Shown: positions 31,646-42,143, counted from the stretch's first letter. The stretch: 64,000 bases of DNA from Hyaloraphidium curvatum SAG 235-1 (GCA_025558095.1 JAIVFI010000027.1:62001-126000), one strand, 5' to 3'. The notes: a model not told the origin generated them from the sequence alone. Program-made: numbers and translations.

Positions 31646-32644
31646 ATGTTCTCCCGCCCGCTCCGCCTCGCCCTGTTCTTCGCGCTCCTCGCGCTCTTCG
31701 CCGGCCTCGTCCGCGCACAAGGTCGGCACCTTCCGAAGCCACTGAGGCGCCTTCCGGTCGCTGACTTTGCTCTCCCTTCCCTCCCGCACAGCTGACGCCA
31801 CCGACGCCAGCCGCCCCGCCAACCTCGGCGGTGCTTCGTCCGGCCAGGGCAGCGGCTACGGCAGCGGCTCCGGCAGCCAGGGCGGCCACAACAAGCCGCA
31901 GGTCGAGACCAAGTACGTCACCGTGTACCAGACGGTGACCTCCAAGAAGTACGCCACGGGTTCGTTCCACCCGCGCCGATCTTGTTGGCGCCCCCTGACG
32001 CCCTCTTTCCTCGCAGTCACCCAGGTCGAGACCAAGTACGTCACGGTCACCAAGCCCGTCGACAAGAAGACCGTCACCGTCACGACCACTGCCTACCAGA
32101 CCGTGACCGCCAACAAGAAGTGCCCGCCCGCCTACCCGCCCAAGTGCCCTCCGGCCCCGCACCAGAAGCCCTGCCCGCCGATCATTGAGTGCGTGATCAA
32201 GCCCTACTTCACCGGCGCCGCCAAGGCCAAGTGTGCGTTCCCGTCGCACGCGGATGCGCGGGCATGCGCTGATCTCCCTCCGCCTCGCAGACCAGCAGAC
32301 CAAGGACGGCAAGTACCAGATCGACGGCGCCGGCGAGCTCTCGCCGTGTGGGCAGGTCACCATCAAGGGCGAGATCGACATCGTCGGCTCGCGCGTGTAC
32401 GGGGAGCTCTACATCACCGGCAAGAGTGGGGCGATCGCCGACTCTGCCGCCGATCGCCGCTCACCCGGCCCGTTCCCGTCCCTTTCCGCACGCAGCCTGC
32501 TCCATCAAGATCATCGTCTCCGCCGAGACCGGCGGCAAGCTCGAGGGCGAGTGGTTCTACCTCATCGTCCAGGGCGCCTCGGGCGTCGGCAACATCAAGG
32601 TCAAGGTCTCGGGCAAGTACCTCGAGATGTCGTTCGGCAAGTAG
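31646..32644 (+). CDS. Secreted protein: Gly/Ser linker, Thr/Val/Lys repeats, Pro/Cys segment and a beta-rich C-terminal domain; 5 exons
   Basis: Signal peptide MFSRPLRLALFFALLALFAGLVRA; QVETKYVTV twice; KKCPPAYPPKCPP; four GT-AG introns; stop TAG at 32644. Confidence 0.75.
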
Positions 32645-32800
32645 GCTGTCGCGTCGGCGTGTGGATTTGTCGGGCGTCGGCTTTGGGAATGTAGCGGCTC
32701 TTCAGTATAGGGCTTTTCGTGCGAGAAAAGATAGATCTTTTGTTTGGAACTCGTGGCCGTCCAACACCTCCGGCGCCTCGACGTCCGCTGCAACCCGGCC

Positions 32801-34140
32801 TCAGAACCTCGGCTTCGCGACCTTCCCGACCACGTCCAGCGGCACCTCCCTGTTGACCCTCTCCAGCCTCTCCCTCTTGGCCTTGGCCTCGTCCCCGCCC
32901 GCGGCCTTGACCTCGGCCGCCGTCGGGAAGTCGTTGTAGTTCCCCTGGTCCCCGCCGTACGAGAACTTCTGGAACTCCTCCCACTGCGCCAGCCCTTCCC
33001 CGCCGCGCAGCCGGTCGACGAGGTCGGGCATGGTGATGAACCCACGCCCGATGCCCACCAGCGCGCACCGCGTGCGCACGGCGTCCTCGGCGCGGGAGAG
33101 GTCGGGGGTGAGGTAGCCGCCCGTGAGCATGATCAGGGTGGGCGGGCGGACGAGGGTGAGGAGGGGGATGAGGGGGGAGCGGGAGTGCGGGATGGGGGAG
33201 GTGCGCCAGCCGCCCCAAACGGGTTCCTGCGAACGCGGAGGGTGAGAGTGTGGAAGGCGGGGCAAAAGCGCAGGGGGATCCCACGGTGAACTGCAGGTAG
33301 GCCAGCGGGTACTTTTGCAGCCGGGTGAGGACGTGGGTGAAGAGCGCGGTGGGGTCGGCGTCGCGCACGCCCATGTTCCGGAAGTCGGGCGAGAGCCGGA
33401 GGGCGACCTTGGAGGGCGGAAGCTCGAGGAGGCACGCGTCGAGGACCTCGAAGAGGAAGCGGGCGCGGTTCTCGCAAGGGCCGCCGTATTGGTCCGTGCG
33501 GCGGTTGGTCGATGTGTGGAGGAACTGTACCCGACGAATGGTGAGCGCGGGGTTCGGTCAAGGCCGCCGGTCAGCCCACCTGCTCGATCAGGTATCCGTG
33601 CGCGCCGTGGATCTCGACCCCGTCAAACCCGGCCTCCTTGGCCCGCCTGGCGCCGATGCGGTACTCCTCCACAATCTCCTTGATCTCGCCCACCGACAGC
33701 GCCCTCGAAGCCGGCTTGCCCTTTGCCGACGTGTTGCCTTCCGACGCCGACACCGGCGCCTGGTTCCCCGGCTGGTACTGCGGCACCGACGCCATCCCCA
33801 CGTGCCAGAGCTGGGCAAAGATGTAACCGCCCTTCGCGTGCACCGCCTCGGTCGTCTTCTTCCACCCCGCGGCCTGCTCTTCGGTCATGATTCCCGGCAC
33901 TGCGTCGTGTGCCCGCGCGGTGGGCGAGCACCACGTGCCCTCGGAGATGAGCAGGCCGCCGGGCGTCGCGCGGGCGCCGTAGTGCTCCGCCTGCCAGCTG
34001 CCCGCGATCTCGCCGGGGGAGCGGGAGCGCGTGAGGGGCGCCATCGCGATGCGGTGCTGCAGACGCATGTCGCCGCACTTGATGGGCGAGAAGAGGGTCG
34101 GCGCGAGGAGCTCGCCGGGCGGTTTCGCTGTGGGGGACAT
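32801..34140 (-). CDS. Old yellow enzyme (FMN-dependent NADH:flavin oxidoreductase), multi-exon
   Basis: RIAMAPLTRSR, GGLLISEG, VHAKGGYIFAQLWHVG, AGFDGVEIHGAHGYLIEQ|F, TNRRTDQYGG, GRGFITMPDLV and YNDFP. Confidence 0.93.
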
Positions 34141-34478
34141 CGGGTCGTGCGGAGAGGGCGGAAGGGGGGAGGGGAGCCGGCAACAAGGAAAATTGGTCAA
34201 AAAGTGCGGTTCTCGATTTTAACGCGATCAGCAGCGCTCCAGCCGCGATGCGCCCTGAATAGGAGCCTGACGAGCGCGGAAGATCGGGATTCGAGACTGG
34301 GCAAGGGATTGGATGGACGACGCCGAGCATAACACCGTGACGGACGAGTGTGCTCGCCTGAAAGAAAGAATGCGTTATCCGGACTGATTCCGATCTCTGA
34401 TGGCGGGACTTTTGCCGCCTGCCGGATGAAGGCGCGTGGGGGCGGCGATTCTCCCTCGTCTGACGAATCCTCGCCGCG

Positions 34479-37022
34479 ATGGCGTCCCCGCTCCGGACCG
34501 CTTTCGGGGGTTCCTTCCGCTACGAAACCGGGATGCTGCTGTGCAAAAGGACGCTACGGACGTCTGCCGTGGCGCTGCCGGCGTGGGCCGTGGCTAGGAG
34601 GCCGTCCGGCGCCCACATTCCTGTCAGCCCGTTCGTGCTGCCAGCAATTGGCCGCCGACACGCCCACGCCGCGGCCACCGACGCGGTGCTCCTCGACGTC
34701 GGCGGCATGAAGTGCGCCGGCTGCGCCGCCAACGTAAAGAAGGCGCTCGCCGCCGACGACCGCGTGGCGTCGGCGACCGTCAACCTTCTGACGCACACCG
34801 CGGCCGTCCGACTCAAGGGCGGCACCGCCGACGCCGCATCGGCGCTCGCCAAACTGCTCACGGCCCGCGGCTACCCGGCGACGGTACGGAAGCCGGACGA
34901 CGACCCGTTCCTCGCCCCCGCCGAATCCTCCCCCGAAGCGGACCGACGCAACCGCCGGGACCTCGCCCTCGCCTGGCTGCTTGCCGGCACCGTCGGCCTG
35001 CACCACGCCGGCCACCTGCTCTCCGCCCTGGGCTTCCCCTCCCTCGCCCATTCCCCACTCCTGCACGCCCTGGGCACACCCCTCGTCTCCGGGGCCGTCG
35101 GGCTCGCCGCGCTGCTCGGCCCCGGCCGCACCATCCTCCTCTCGGGCTTCCGCGCGCTCCGCCGCCGCGAGCCGGACATGGACTCCCTCGTCGCGCTCGG
35201 AACGGGCGGCAGCTTCCTCGCCGGCGCCGCGTCGATGCTGGCCCCCGCGGGGTCGCCCTTGGCGGGGCTGGCCGGGGACGCGCCGTCGTTCCTTGGGGAG
35301 CCGGCGATGCTTCTCGCGGCGGTGCTGCTCGGCCGCGCTTTGGAATCCCGCGCCCGCGCGCGTGCCGCGGCCGACCTCGGCTCCTTGGCCGCGCTCGTGC
35401 CCGCCCGCGCGAGGATCGTGCTCGACCCCGCGGATCCGAGCGCGGTGGTCGACGTTCCTGCGGGGGAGGTCCGCGAGGGTGATGCGGTGCGCGTGCTACC
35501 CGGGGAACGCATACCCGTCGACGGCATTGTGCTGTCTGGCAAGGGCTCTGCGGACGAATCGGTGCTCACCGGCGAACCCGCGGCGGTACCCAAACCCCCC
35601 GGTGCCAAGGTGTCCGCGGGCACGGTGGCCTGGGGCGCACCGATGGACGTCAGAGCGGAGAGGGCGGGCAGGGCGACGCAGCTGGCCGGGATCGCGAGGC
35701 TCGTGAGGGAAGCGCAGGCGAGGGAGGCGCCGGTCCAACGGCTGGCGGATTGGGCGGCGGGGAGGTTCTGCGCGGGGGTGATGGCTGCCGCGGCGGCGAC
35801 GTTCGGGTTCTGGAGCACGCTCGGCGCGGCGTGGTTCCCGGCCGCCGCCGGGGGCGCCGCGCTTTCGGGCCCGGCGCTGGCGACGGCGGCAAAGCTCGCG
35901 ATCGGGGTGCTCGTCGTCGCGTGCCCGTGCGCGCTGGGGCTGGCGACGCCCGCGGCGGTGCTGGTGGCGTCGGGGGCGGCGGCGAGGAGGGGTTTGCTGT
36001 TGCGGGGGGGAGGGGAGGCTGTGGAGAGGTTGGGGGGTGTGGATGCGGTGGCGCTGGACAAGACGGGGACGCTGACGGAGGGGAGGCTGGCGGTCGTGCG
36101 GATCGAGGCGGTGGGGCACGTGCGGGAGGAGGAGATGCTGGCTCTCGCGGCGGCCGCGGAGTCGACGACCAAGCACCCGCTCGCCGAGGCCATTGTGGCG
36201 GCAGCGCGGGACAGAGGCTTGGACGTGCCGGCCGCGATCCACGCCGAGGCGTCGACCGAGACGGGCGCGGGGCTCGCAGCTTCCATCAACCGCGGTGGGG
36301 AGGTGGCCGAGGTGCTCGTCGGCAGGCGGGATTGGGTGCTTTCCAAGCTCGGGATCGCTGATGAGGGACGCGGGCAAGTCGGCGAGCAGGACGACGTGGG
36401 ACACACCGAGGTCTTTGTGGCCGCGGCCGGCCGCCCCCTCGGCACCATCTTCCTCGCGGACCGGCTCCGCAGCGACGCGGCATCGACCGTCGCGGCCCTC
36501 CGCGCCATGGGCATCCGCCTCGCCATGCTCTCTGGCGACCGCCCCGCCGCCGCCCTCGCAGTTGGCACTGCCGCCGGTCTACTCCCCCATGAAATCACCG
36601 GCGGCCTCACCCCCGACGGCAAGCTCCGCGCTATCGAGTCATTGCGCTTCCAAGGCCTCAAGGTGGCCATGGTCGGGGATGGGGCCAACGACGCCCCCGC
36701 GTTGGCCGCCGCGGACGTCGGGATCGCGCTCCGCGGCGGGCTGGACGCGGCGGGGAGCGCGGCGGACGTGGTGCTCGGGGACAGGCTGGGCCAGGTGGCC
36801 GAGGCGGTGGTGCTGGGGCGCAAGACGATGGGCACGATCCGGGGCAATTTGGCGTGGGCGCTGGGGTACAACCTGGTCGGGATTCCCGTGGCGGCGGGGG
36901 CGCTGCTGCCGGCGTACGGCGTGGTGCTGCCGCCGAGCGTCGCGGGGGGTTTCATGGCGGCGTCGTCGCTGGCCGTGATGGCGAACAGCCTGCTTCTCAA
37001 GTGGAGGTTGGGGGGACGCTGA
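34479..37022 (+). CDS. Cu(+)-transporting P1B-type ATPase, PAA1/PAA2/CtaA-like, intronless
   Basis: Single MBD GMKCAGC; LTGEP, VACPCALGLATP, DKTGTLT, HP, MVGDGANDAPALA, YN and MAASS. Confidence 0.95.
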   Translation: MASPLRTAFGGSFRYETGMLLCKRTLRTSAVALPAWAVARRPSGAHIPVSPFVLPAIGRRHAHAAATDAVLLDVGGMKCAGCAANVKKALAADDRVASATVNLLTHTAAVRLKGGTADAASALAKLLTARGYPATVRKPDDDPFLAPAESSPEADRRNRRDLALAWLLAGTVGLHHAGHLLSALGFPSLAHSPLLHALGTPLVSGAVGLAALLGPGRTILLSGFRALRRREPDMDSLVALGTGGSFLAGAASMLAPAGSPLAGLAGDAPSFLGEPAMLLAAVLLGRALESRARARAAADLGSLAALVPARARIVLDPADPSAVVDVPAGEVREGDAVRVLPGERIPVDGIVLSGKGSADESVLTGEPAAVPKPPGAKVSAGTVAWGAPMDVRAERAGRATQLAGIARLVREAQAREAPVQRLADWAAGRFCAGVMAAAAATFGFWSTLGAAWFPAAAGGAALSGPALATAAKLAIGVLVVACPCALGLATPAAVLVASGAAARRGLLLRGGGEAVERLGGVDAVALDKTGTLTEGRLAVVRIEAVGHVREEEMLALAAAAESTTKHPLAEAIVAAARDRGLDVPAAIHAEASTETGAGLAASINRGGEVAEVLVGRRDWVLSKLGIADEGRGQVGEQDDVGHTEVFVAAAGRPLGTIFLADRLRSDAASTVAALRAMGIRLAMLSGDRPAAALAVGTAAGLLPHEITGGLTPDGKLRAIESLRFQGLKVAMVGDGANDAPALAAADVGIALRGGLDAAGSAADVVLGDRLGQVAEAVVLGRKTMGTIRGNLAWALGYNLVGIPVAAGALLPAYGVVLPPSVAGGFMAASSLAVMANSLLLKWRLGGR

Positions 37023-37170
37023 AGGAATCCGCCCCGCCGGCCAAATGAACCATCTCATCTTTCTGCAATATAAAATAGCACTTATTCGTGCTTGCTGCCC
37101 CCCGGAATTCGTTTGTGCGGGCCGGCCGGGGGAGGCGTCGGAGGCGCGTCGAGGCGTTTACCCCTCTCAG

Positions 37171-38079
37171 GCCCCCGCTGTTTTCCCTCCCCCATCGCGC
37201 CCGCGGCGCGGGAATCCCGCGAGTGCGCGCCACGCTGCGGCTCACGGACGAGTTCCTCGCGCGGGTGCGGGCGGCGCGGGGCGGCAAGCGGCGCATCCCG
37301 TCGCCGCCGCCGCCGGCCCCGTCGGAATACGACTCGCTGTCGGACTCGCCGCCGCCGCCGCGCCGCCCGCCGGGCCGCCCGTCCAACGCCTCGCGCGGGC
37401 TCCCCGACGCCCCGCCGCGCGCGCGCGCCAACCCGCCGAAGCCCCGGCCGCCGCCCGCGGACGACCCCTCGGAGGACGAGGAAGACGACTCGGAGGGCGA
37501 CTGGGACGAGGACGACTCGGAGCCGCGCGGGAAAAAGAAGAACAAGACGGGCAGGCCCAGCGGGAAGAAGAGCGCGCTGCCCGCGCCCAAGAGGGTCGTC
37601 GGCAAGTCGGCGCGCGACGTGGCGATCGTGTGCAGCGTGGACGGCTGCGGGGAGTCGTTCGAGACGCTGACGGCATACCGTGGGGCCGCCCGGGACTGCT
37701 GCTGGGCGCATCGGGGCTGATTATGCCCTCCCGCGACGCGTTCCGCAGAATACCACATCCGGCACTCGCACCACGAGCTCAAAAAGTTCCAGTGCGGCGT
37801 CTGCGGCAAAGGCTTCTCCAGAAACTTCGACCTGAGGCGGCATCAGAGGTGAGTTGCAAGCTCTCACCCGCTCCCGTCTCCTTACGCCTCTTTTCCATTT
37901 TCTTCGCACCCATCCCCCAAACCCCCAGGCTCCACCAGGCCGACCACAAGTTCATCTGCTCCTGCGGCGCCAAATTCGCCCGCGCGGACGGCCTGCGGCG
38001 GCACCAGAACGGCAAGGAGCACCGCGGGTTCGCCACCGTCCCCGGGTCGGGCTCGCTGTCGCCCGAGGAGATGGAGTGA
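37171..38079 (+). CDS. C2H2 zinc-finger transcription factor (3 fingers, Crz1-like); start codon not located
   Basis: Spliced [12 protein letters not shown]|[28 protein letters not shown]|LH and [18 protein letters not shown]; introns ~37680-37748 and ~37849-37928. Confidence 0.8.
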   Translation, partial: APAVFPPPSRPRRGNPASARHAAAHGRVPRAGAGGAGRQAAHPVAAAAGPVGIRLAVGLAAAAAPPAGPPVQRLARAPRRPAARARQPAEAPAAARGRPLGGRGRRLGGRLGRGRLGAAREKEEQDGQAQREEERAARAQEGRRQVGARRGDRVQRGRLRGVVRDADGIPWGRPGLLLGASGLIMPSRDAFRRIPHPALAPRAQKVPVRRLRQRLLQKLRPEAASEVSCKLSPAPVSLRLFSIFFAPIPQTPRLHQADHKFICSCGAKFARADGLRRHQNGKEHRGFATVPGSGSLSPEEME

Positions 38080-38545
38080 TGCGCGGCGGGGGGTGGCAAA
38101 CGGCACAGGGGATGCCGTAAGATATCGGTGTATATTAGATCTAGGCGTTTTCGTTGTAGCAGGGGCTGTTGATGGACCTGAATCTTTTCCTTGACCGGTA
38201 TGGAGAGCGGGTTGTTTGGCTGGGGCGTCGTTGAGGCGTCGAAAACAACTTGCCCGCCGGCCCGGACAGACCGGCAAACGGCCAACCCACCTTTCCTCGG
38301 CAAACAAAGGCAGTCGAAGGAAGCGGTAAAGCAGCACTGGGCGGCTCTGCATTATGGCACTTTTGCGACGGCGGGTTTTGCAGGCAAAAGCTCGGTCCGC
38401 CCCGAATTACGGCAGCCAGATGAGCGACGAAATCAACTCATCCTCCAAGAATAGACCATCTATGTAGCCCATACACAATGCAAACTCGCCATGGCAGCCA
38501 ACAGTACCACGCACATCCTCTTCCGACCCTAAACAGGCCAAAAAT

Positions 38546-38620
38546 CACCCGCCGCCGCGCCGTTACCGCGGCCTAGTACTCGTCTGCATGACGCAGATGG
38601 TCGTGATCACCACGATCGCA
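38546..38620 (-). pseudogene. About 75-bp remnant of the 3' end (M4 helix and stop) of a pLGIC paralog
   Basis: ctgcatgacgcagatggtcgt(g/a)atcaccacgatcgca and the flanking accgcggcctag are shared with 40943-40998; encodes AIVVITTICVMQ. Confidence 0.8.
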
Positions 38621-38873
38621 TATAGGCGTCGTTGACACGCGATGCGGCGCGGCGACACCAACAAAGATCAGGACCCGACCCTGGCACAACCTGAGGAGCT
38701 GCTGTGGAACGAATCTGCCAGTTCTCGTCCGAAAAACGTAACGTAACTTGCGCAGATGCGGATGGGTCGCGGCTGACTGTTTACCCAGGGTGACCCAGCT
38801 GTGCAACCCCCCGGCCTGGGCTCTGCCGGTCAGCTTACGAGTAGGCGCCATGCATGTTCGTTTTTTGCATGCA

Positions 38874-40376
38874 TCAAGCCGGGCACACGGACTGTATCGT
38901 CACGCCCACCCCCGCGCCCCGCAGGATCCCGAACAGACCCACCCCCAGCGTCAGCCCCGTCGCCACCAGCCCCCTGACCACGCCCCAATCCACCACGAAC
39001 CCGAACATCCGCGCCAGATCCGCCCTTGCAGCGGCGTCGAACCGAGCCAGCACCTCGGCGTGGGCCCTCCACCGCGGCGCGTCGTGGTGGTCCGGCTCTC
39101 GGGCGGCGCACAGTGAGAGCTGGGTCCGGGCGCGTGAATACAGCTCCGCGATTCGGGAGACGCCGGCGTTGGCGGAGACCACCGTCACGACGACGCGCAG
39201 GAAGAAGAACACGCTGATGGCGAGTGTGCCCAGGACGTAACCAGGGAGGCAGCCGGCCGCGACCATGGAGACGCAGCCGACCAGCACGACCATCCCGACC
39301 ATGGCGGCACTGACGGAGGACGAGGTGGCTACGTTGTGGCCGAGGGTGCGCCACGCAGGTAGAAGGGAGGAGTGCAGGGGGACGTAGGGCTCTTCCTTGG
39401 GCCAGGGGATGTTTTGGGCGTCGTCCAGGGAGAGGTAGCACCTGCGAAGCAGGTCCGAGAGGGCGAGAGAAACAGCCCGAGAGCGAAGGCGGGCCTGCAG
39501 GGCGAGGAGCGCGGGGTCGCTCGATAATGCGTCCATGGCGATGCTGCAAATGGAAAAGGTGTGGTAGGCGAGCACCCAGGCAGCCAGGAGAGCACGCCAT
39601 GGGGAGTTCCACGTAATGCTGCCAAAGTAGACCATAGCGGTCCAGAACTGGAGCGGAGCCCAGATAAATAAGCCAGATGAAGCATGGAGGAAAACCGAAG
39701 TGGCCTGGAGCCACGCCGACCGGCGGACGAGAGATCCGGAGCATGATTCCGCGGGGCAGGTGCACGCGTCGTCTCCAGGGTCGTGCCTTACCAGCGGGTC
39801 TGTGCCGCCGCCCAAGCCGAGCTCGGTTGCGTCCCCGCCGGGCAACCGCAGTTGCCCTTCGCTTCCACAGAGTTGTCTCCACCTCGCGTAGCACGCGAAC
39901 GCGTGCTGATCGGGAAACTTGAGCAGTGCATGAGCGGCATTTGTTGTCATACGGGCCAGGAAGGCAGAGGGTAGCTCGAGAGCGAGGAAGACGGTTAGGC
40001 CAGTCACGATTCCCCTCGTGTTGAAGTCGCCCGAGTCCATTGCGACGGGCCACAGCGTGCAGGCAAAGAGTGCGAAACGGGGTGCCGAGTATAGCAAGAA
40101 GCGGGCGATTACGTTGCCATTGATCCCCGGGTTGTTCCACTCGACCGCCAGCAGCGCGCGGTGGACGGGCGAGCCCGCGAACGCGCGTGCCAGCCCGTCC
40201 CGGGTCAGCGACGACGCCTCACGCGCTTCCTTTGCGGGGTCGCTTTCAGCGAACCCGGGCGGGGCCCCGGTAGGGGCCGCAGAGGGCCTGGTGGCCCCCG
40301 GGAGCAGGCAGAGCCACGCGGCCGCGCTCAGGAACGGGCCGGCGGCCACCCGATCCGCGTGGTTGGTGGGGAACAT
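38874..40376 (-). CDS. 7-TM membrane protein, GRL/7TM-ion-channel-like family (intact, intronless, ~500 aa)
   Basis: Seven hydrophobic segments; loop motif LVRHDPGDDACTCPAESCSG; GCLPGY between TM5 and TM6; C-terminus ARMFGFVVDWGVVRGLVATGLTLGVGLFGILRG..SVCPA. Confidence 0.8.
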   Translation of the reverse strand: MFPTNHADRVAAGPFLSAAAWLCLLPGATRPSAAPTGAPPGFAESDPAKEAREASSLTRDGLARAFAGSPVHRALLAVEWNNPGINGNVIARFLLYSAPRFALFACTLWPVAMDSGDFNTRGIVTGLTVFLALELPSAFLARMTTNAAHALLKFPDQHAFACYARWRQLCGSEGQLRLPGGDATELGLGGGTDPLVRHDPGDDACTCPAESCSGSLVRRSAWLQATSVFLHASSGLFIWAPLQFWTAMVYFGSITWNSPWRALLAAWVLAYHTFSICSIAMDALSSDPALLALQARLRSRAVSLALSDLLRRCYLSLDDAQNIPWPKEEPYVPLHSSLLPAWRTLGHNVATSSSVSAAMVGMVVLVGCVSMVAAGCLPGYVLGTLAISVFFFLRVVVTVVSANAGVSRIAELYSRARTQLSLCAAREPDHHDAPRWRAHAEVLARFDAAARADLARMFGFVVDWGVVRGLVATGLTLGVGLFGILRGAGVGVTIQSVCPA

Positions 40377-40949
40377 GGCCGTCGCGTTGTTGGGCAATGA
40401 AGCGGATGTGAGGCCCGGCATTTATTTCTAGCGGAGTGTGGAGCATGCAGTGTTGCCTCGGGATCCAGGGGATTCCCGCCCCAGGCCGTGGCTCGTTACC
40501 CCCGCATCGCCCTCGGAGTCACTAGCTCGGATGCTAGTGAGGTCGATCGTAGTTTGATTATTCTCTCCTGATTCAAATAGCAATTCACGTTTGTCGGGCT
40601 CCGGCCGCCGCGCGAAATGGCCGAGTCCGCTCAACAGCAACCCTCTTACCGCCTCAACGGGCACCCTCTGCACGTCTCCGTGACCCCAAACCCGTCCGGC
40701 ACCGGACATAGCACTGCGGGGCGCGTTCACCAGCGTCATTGGCTGCGTCGCGATGCCCGGCTTGCTCGGAAACCGGGCCGCACCCGTGCCCATCCACGTA
40801 GCTCTCGCACGGAGCCTCCGATCCTCCAATCAGGCCCCTGCGTGCAGTTGCACTCCGTTCGGGGGCCCCGGGAGGCCGAGGGTGCAAACGGCCGGGCCTG
40901 TCGCTTCCGCAGGGCGCAACGACCCGCCACCGCAACGGCGCACCGCGGC

Positions 40950-42143
40950 CTAGGTCCTCGACTGCATGACGCAGATGGTCGTAATCACCACGATCGCAAC
41001 GACGAACTCGGTGGCCAGCGCCACGGTGTTCCAGAACCGGATGCTCTTGATGACCTCCTTCTCCTTGACCTTGTTCTTCCTGAGCTCCGCCTTGCGCGTG
41101 CGCTTCTCGTCCTCGTCCATGAGCTCCTCCTCCTCCCTGTGCGCTTCCTTCTCGTCCGCGCGGAACTCGAGGATCCGGTTGTTGTCCCAGACCACGAGAC
41201 CGAAGGTGGAGATGATCAGGAGGTAGCAGAAGACGTAGATCTCGTCCATCAGCGTGAGCCCCGAGATGACGAGGTTGGTTTGTTGCAGAAAGACGGCCGT
41301 GAGGAGCGCGGTGGCGCTCATGGCCGTGCGCACCTCGACGTACTTGGGGTGCAGCACGAGCGAGAACCACGAGGAGATGACGACGAGGCAGAGCGGGAGG
41401 AGCAGCCGCCAGATGAAGAAGTTCTGCCCGCGCTCGATGACCAGCGAGAAGCGCACGGCCGAGTACTCCTCGTCCTCGGGCGCGCCCGTGACCCCGAAGT
41501 TGCTCTCGTAGTCGTGGATCATGGTCTCGGCCTGCAGGTCCACGAGGTTCCAGCCGGGGACCACCAGGAGCGCGTCCAGCCCCGATTCGGCAAAGTCGGG
41601 GACGTACACGATGTGGTCCCGCTGGTGCACCGAATCCTCGACGTTGAGCGTGAGCCGCTGCTGGTCCAGCGGGAAGTTGCGCAGGTCGAAAGGCTGGTAC
41701 ATCAGGCCCTGGATGTGCAGCTCCTGCACGAGCATGCCGTCGGCGGCGACCGTGGGCTGCTCCGTGACCTTCTGCACGGTAAAGTCGACGTCCTGGACGC
41801 CGTTGTTGATCTCGAGCGATTTTATCGGGTCGTAGTCCGTCCCGTTGGGCCAGCGGAACCAGAGGTAGCCCGTGAGCCAGTACGTGTTTTTCGAAGTGTC
41901 GAGGTCGTAGGCGTTCATGGCGTAGAACCCGACCGAGACGACGGTCGCGTTACCCGGCGGGGCGGTCTCGGGGCGGTAGTAGCCCGGGACGGGGGCGCGC
42001 CCGGATTGGGTGCGGCGCGGGCGGCACGCGGCGCACCGCGACGCCCCGTTGAAGCGCGCGAGGCCGGCGGCGGCCGCGGGGAGCAGGCTGAGCGCGGCGA
42101 CGGCGAGGCCGAGCAGCAGGAGCGCGGGGAGGCGGCGGCGCAT
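40950..42143 (-). CDS. Pentameric ligand-gated ion channel subunit, Cys-less Pro-loop type (GLIC/ELIC-like), intronless
   Basis: Signal peptide; VSVGFY..YDLD..YLWFRW; Pro-loop FDLRNFPLDQQRL; VPGW; pre-M1 IER and M1 LLLP; M2 EVRTAMSATALLT; M3 LTLMD; M4. Confidence 0.92.
   Translation of the reverse strand: MRRRLPALLLLGLAVAALSLLPAAAAGLARFNGASRCAACRPRRTQSGRAPVPGYYRPETAPPGNATVVSVGFYAMNAYDLDTSKNTYWLTGYLWFRWPNGTDYDPIKSLEINNGVQDVDFTVQKVTEQPTVAADGMLVQELHIQGLMYQPFDLRNFPLDQQRLTLNVEDSVHQRDHIVYVPDFAESGLDALLVVPGWNLVDLQAETMIHDYESNFGVTGAPEDEEYSAVRFSLVIERGQNFFIWRLLLPLCLVVISSWFSLVLHPKYVEVRTAMSATALLTAVFLQQTNLVISGLTLMDEIYVFCYLLIISTFGLVVWDNNRILEFRADEKEAHREEEELMDEDEKRTRKAELRKNKVKEKEVIKSIRFWNTVALATEFVVAIVVITTICVMQSRT

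Noticed and set aside
34871-37000. 709-aa antisense ORF, and many similar long overlapping ORFs (e.g. 17849-19432, 41915-43858, 42274-43986, 25010-26311)
   Set aside because: These are shadow frames of real genes, produced by high GC and GC3 bias. Their translations are low-complexity Arg/Pro/Ala/Ser with no motifs.
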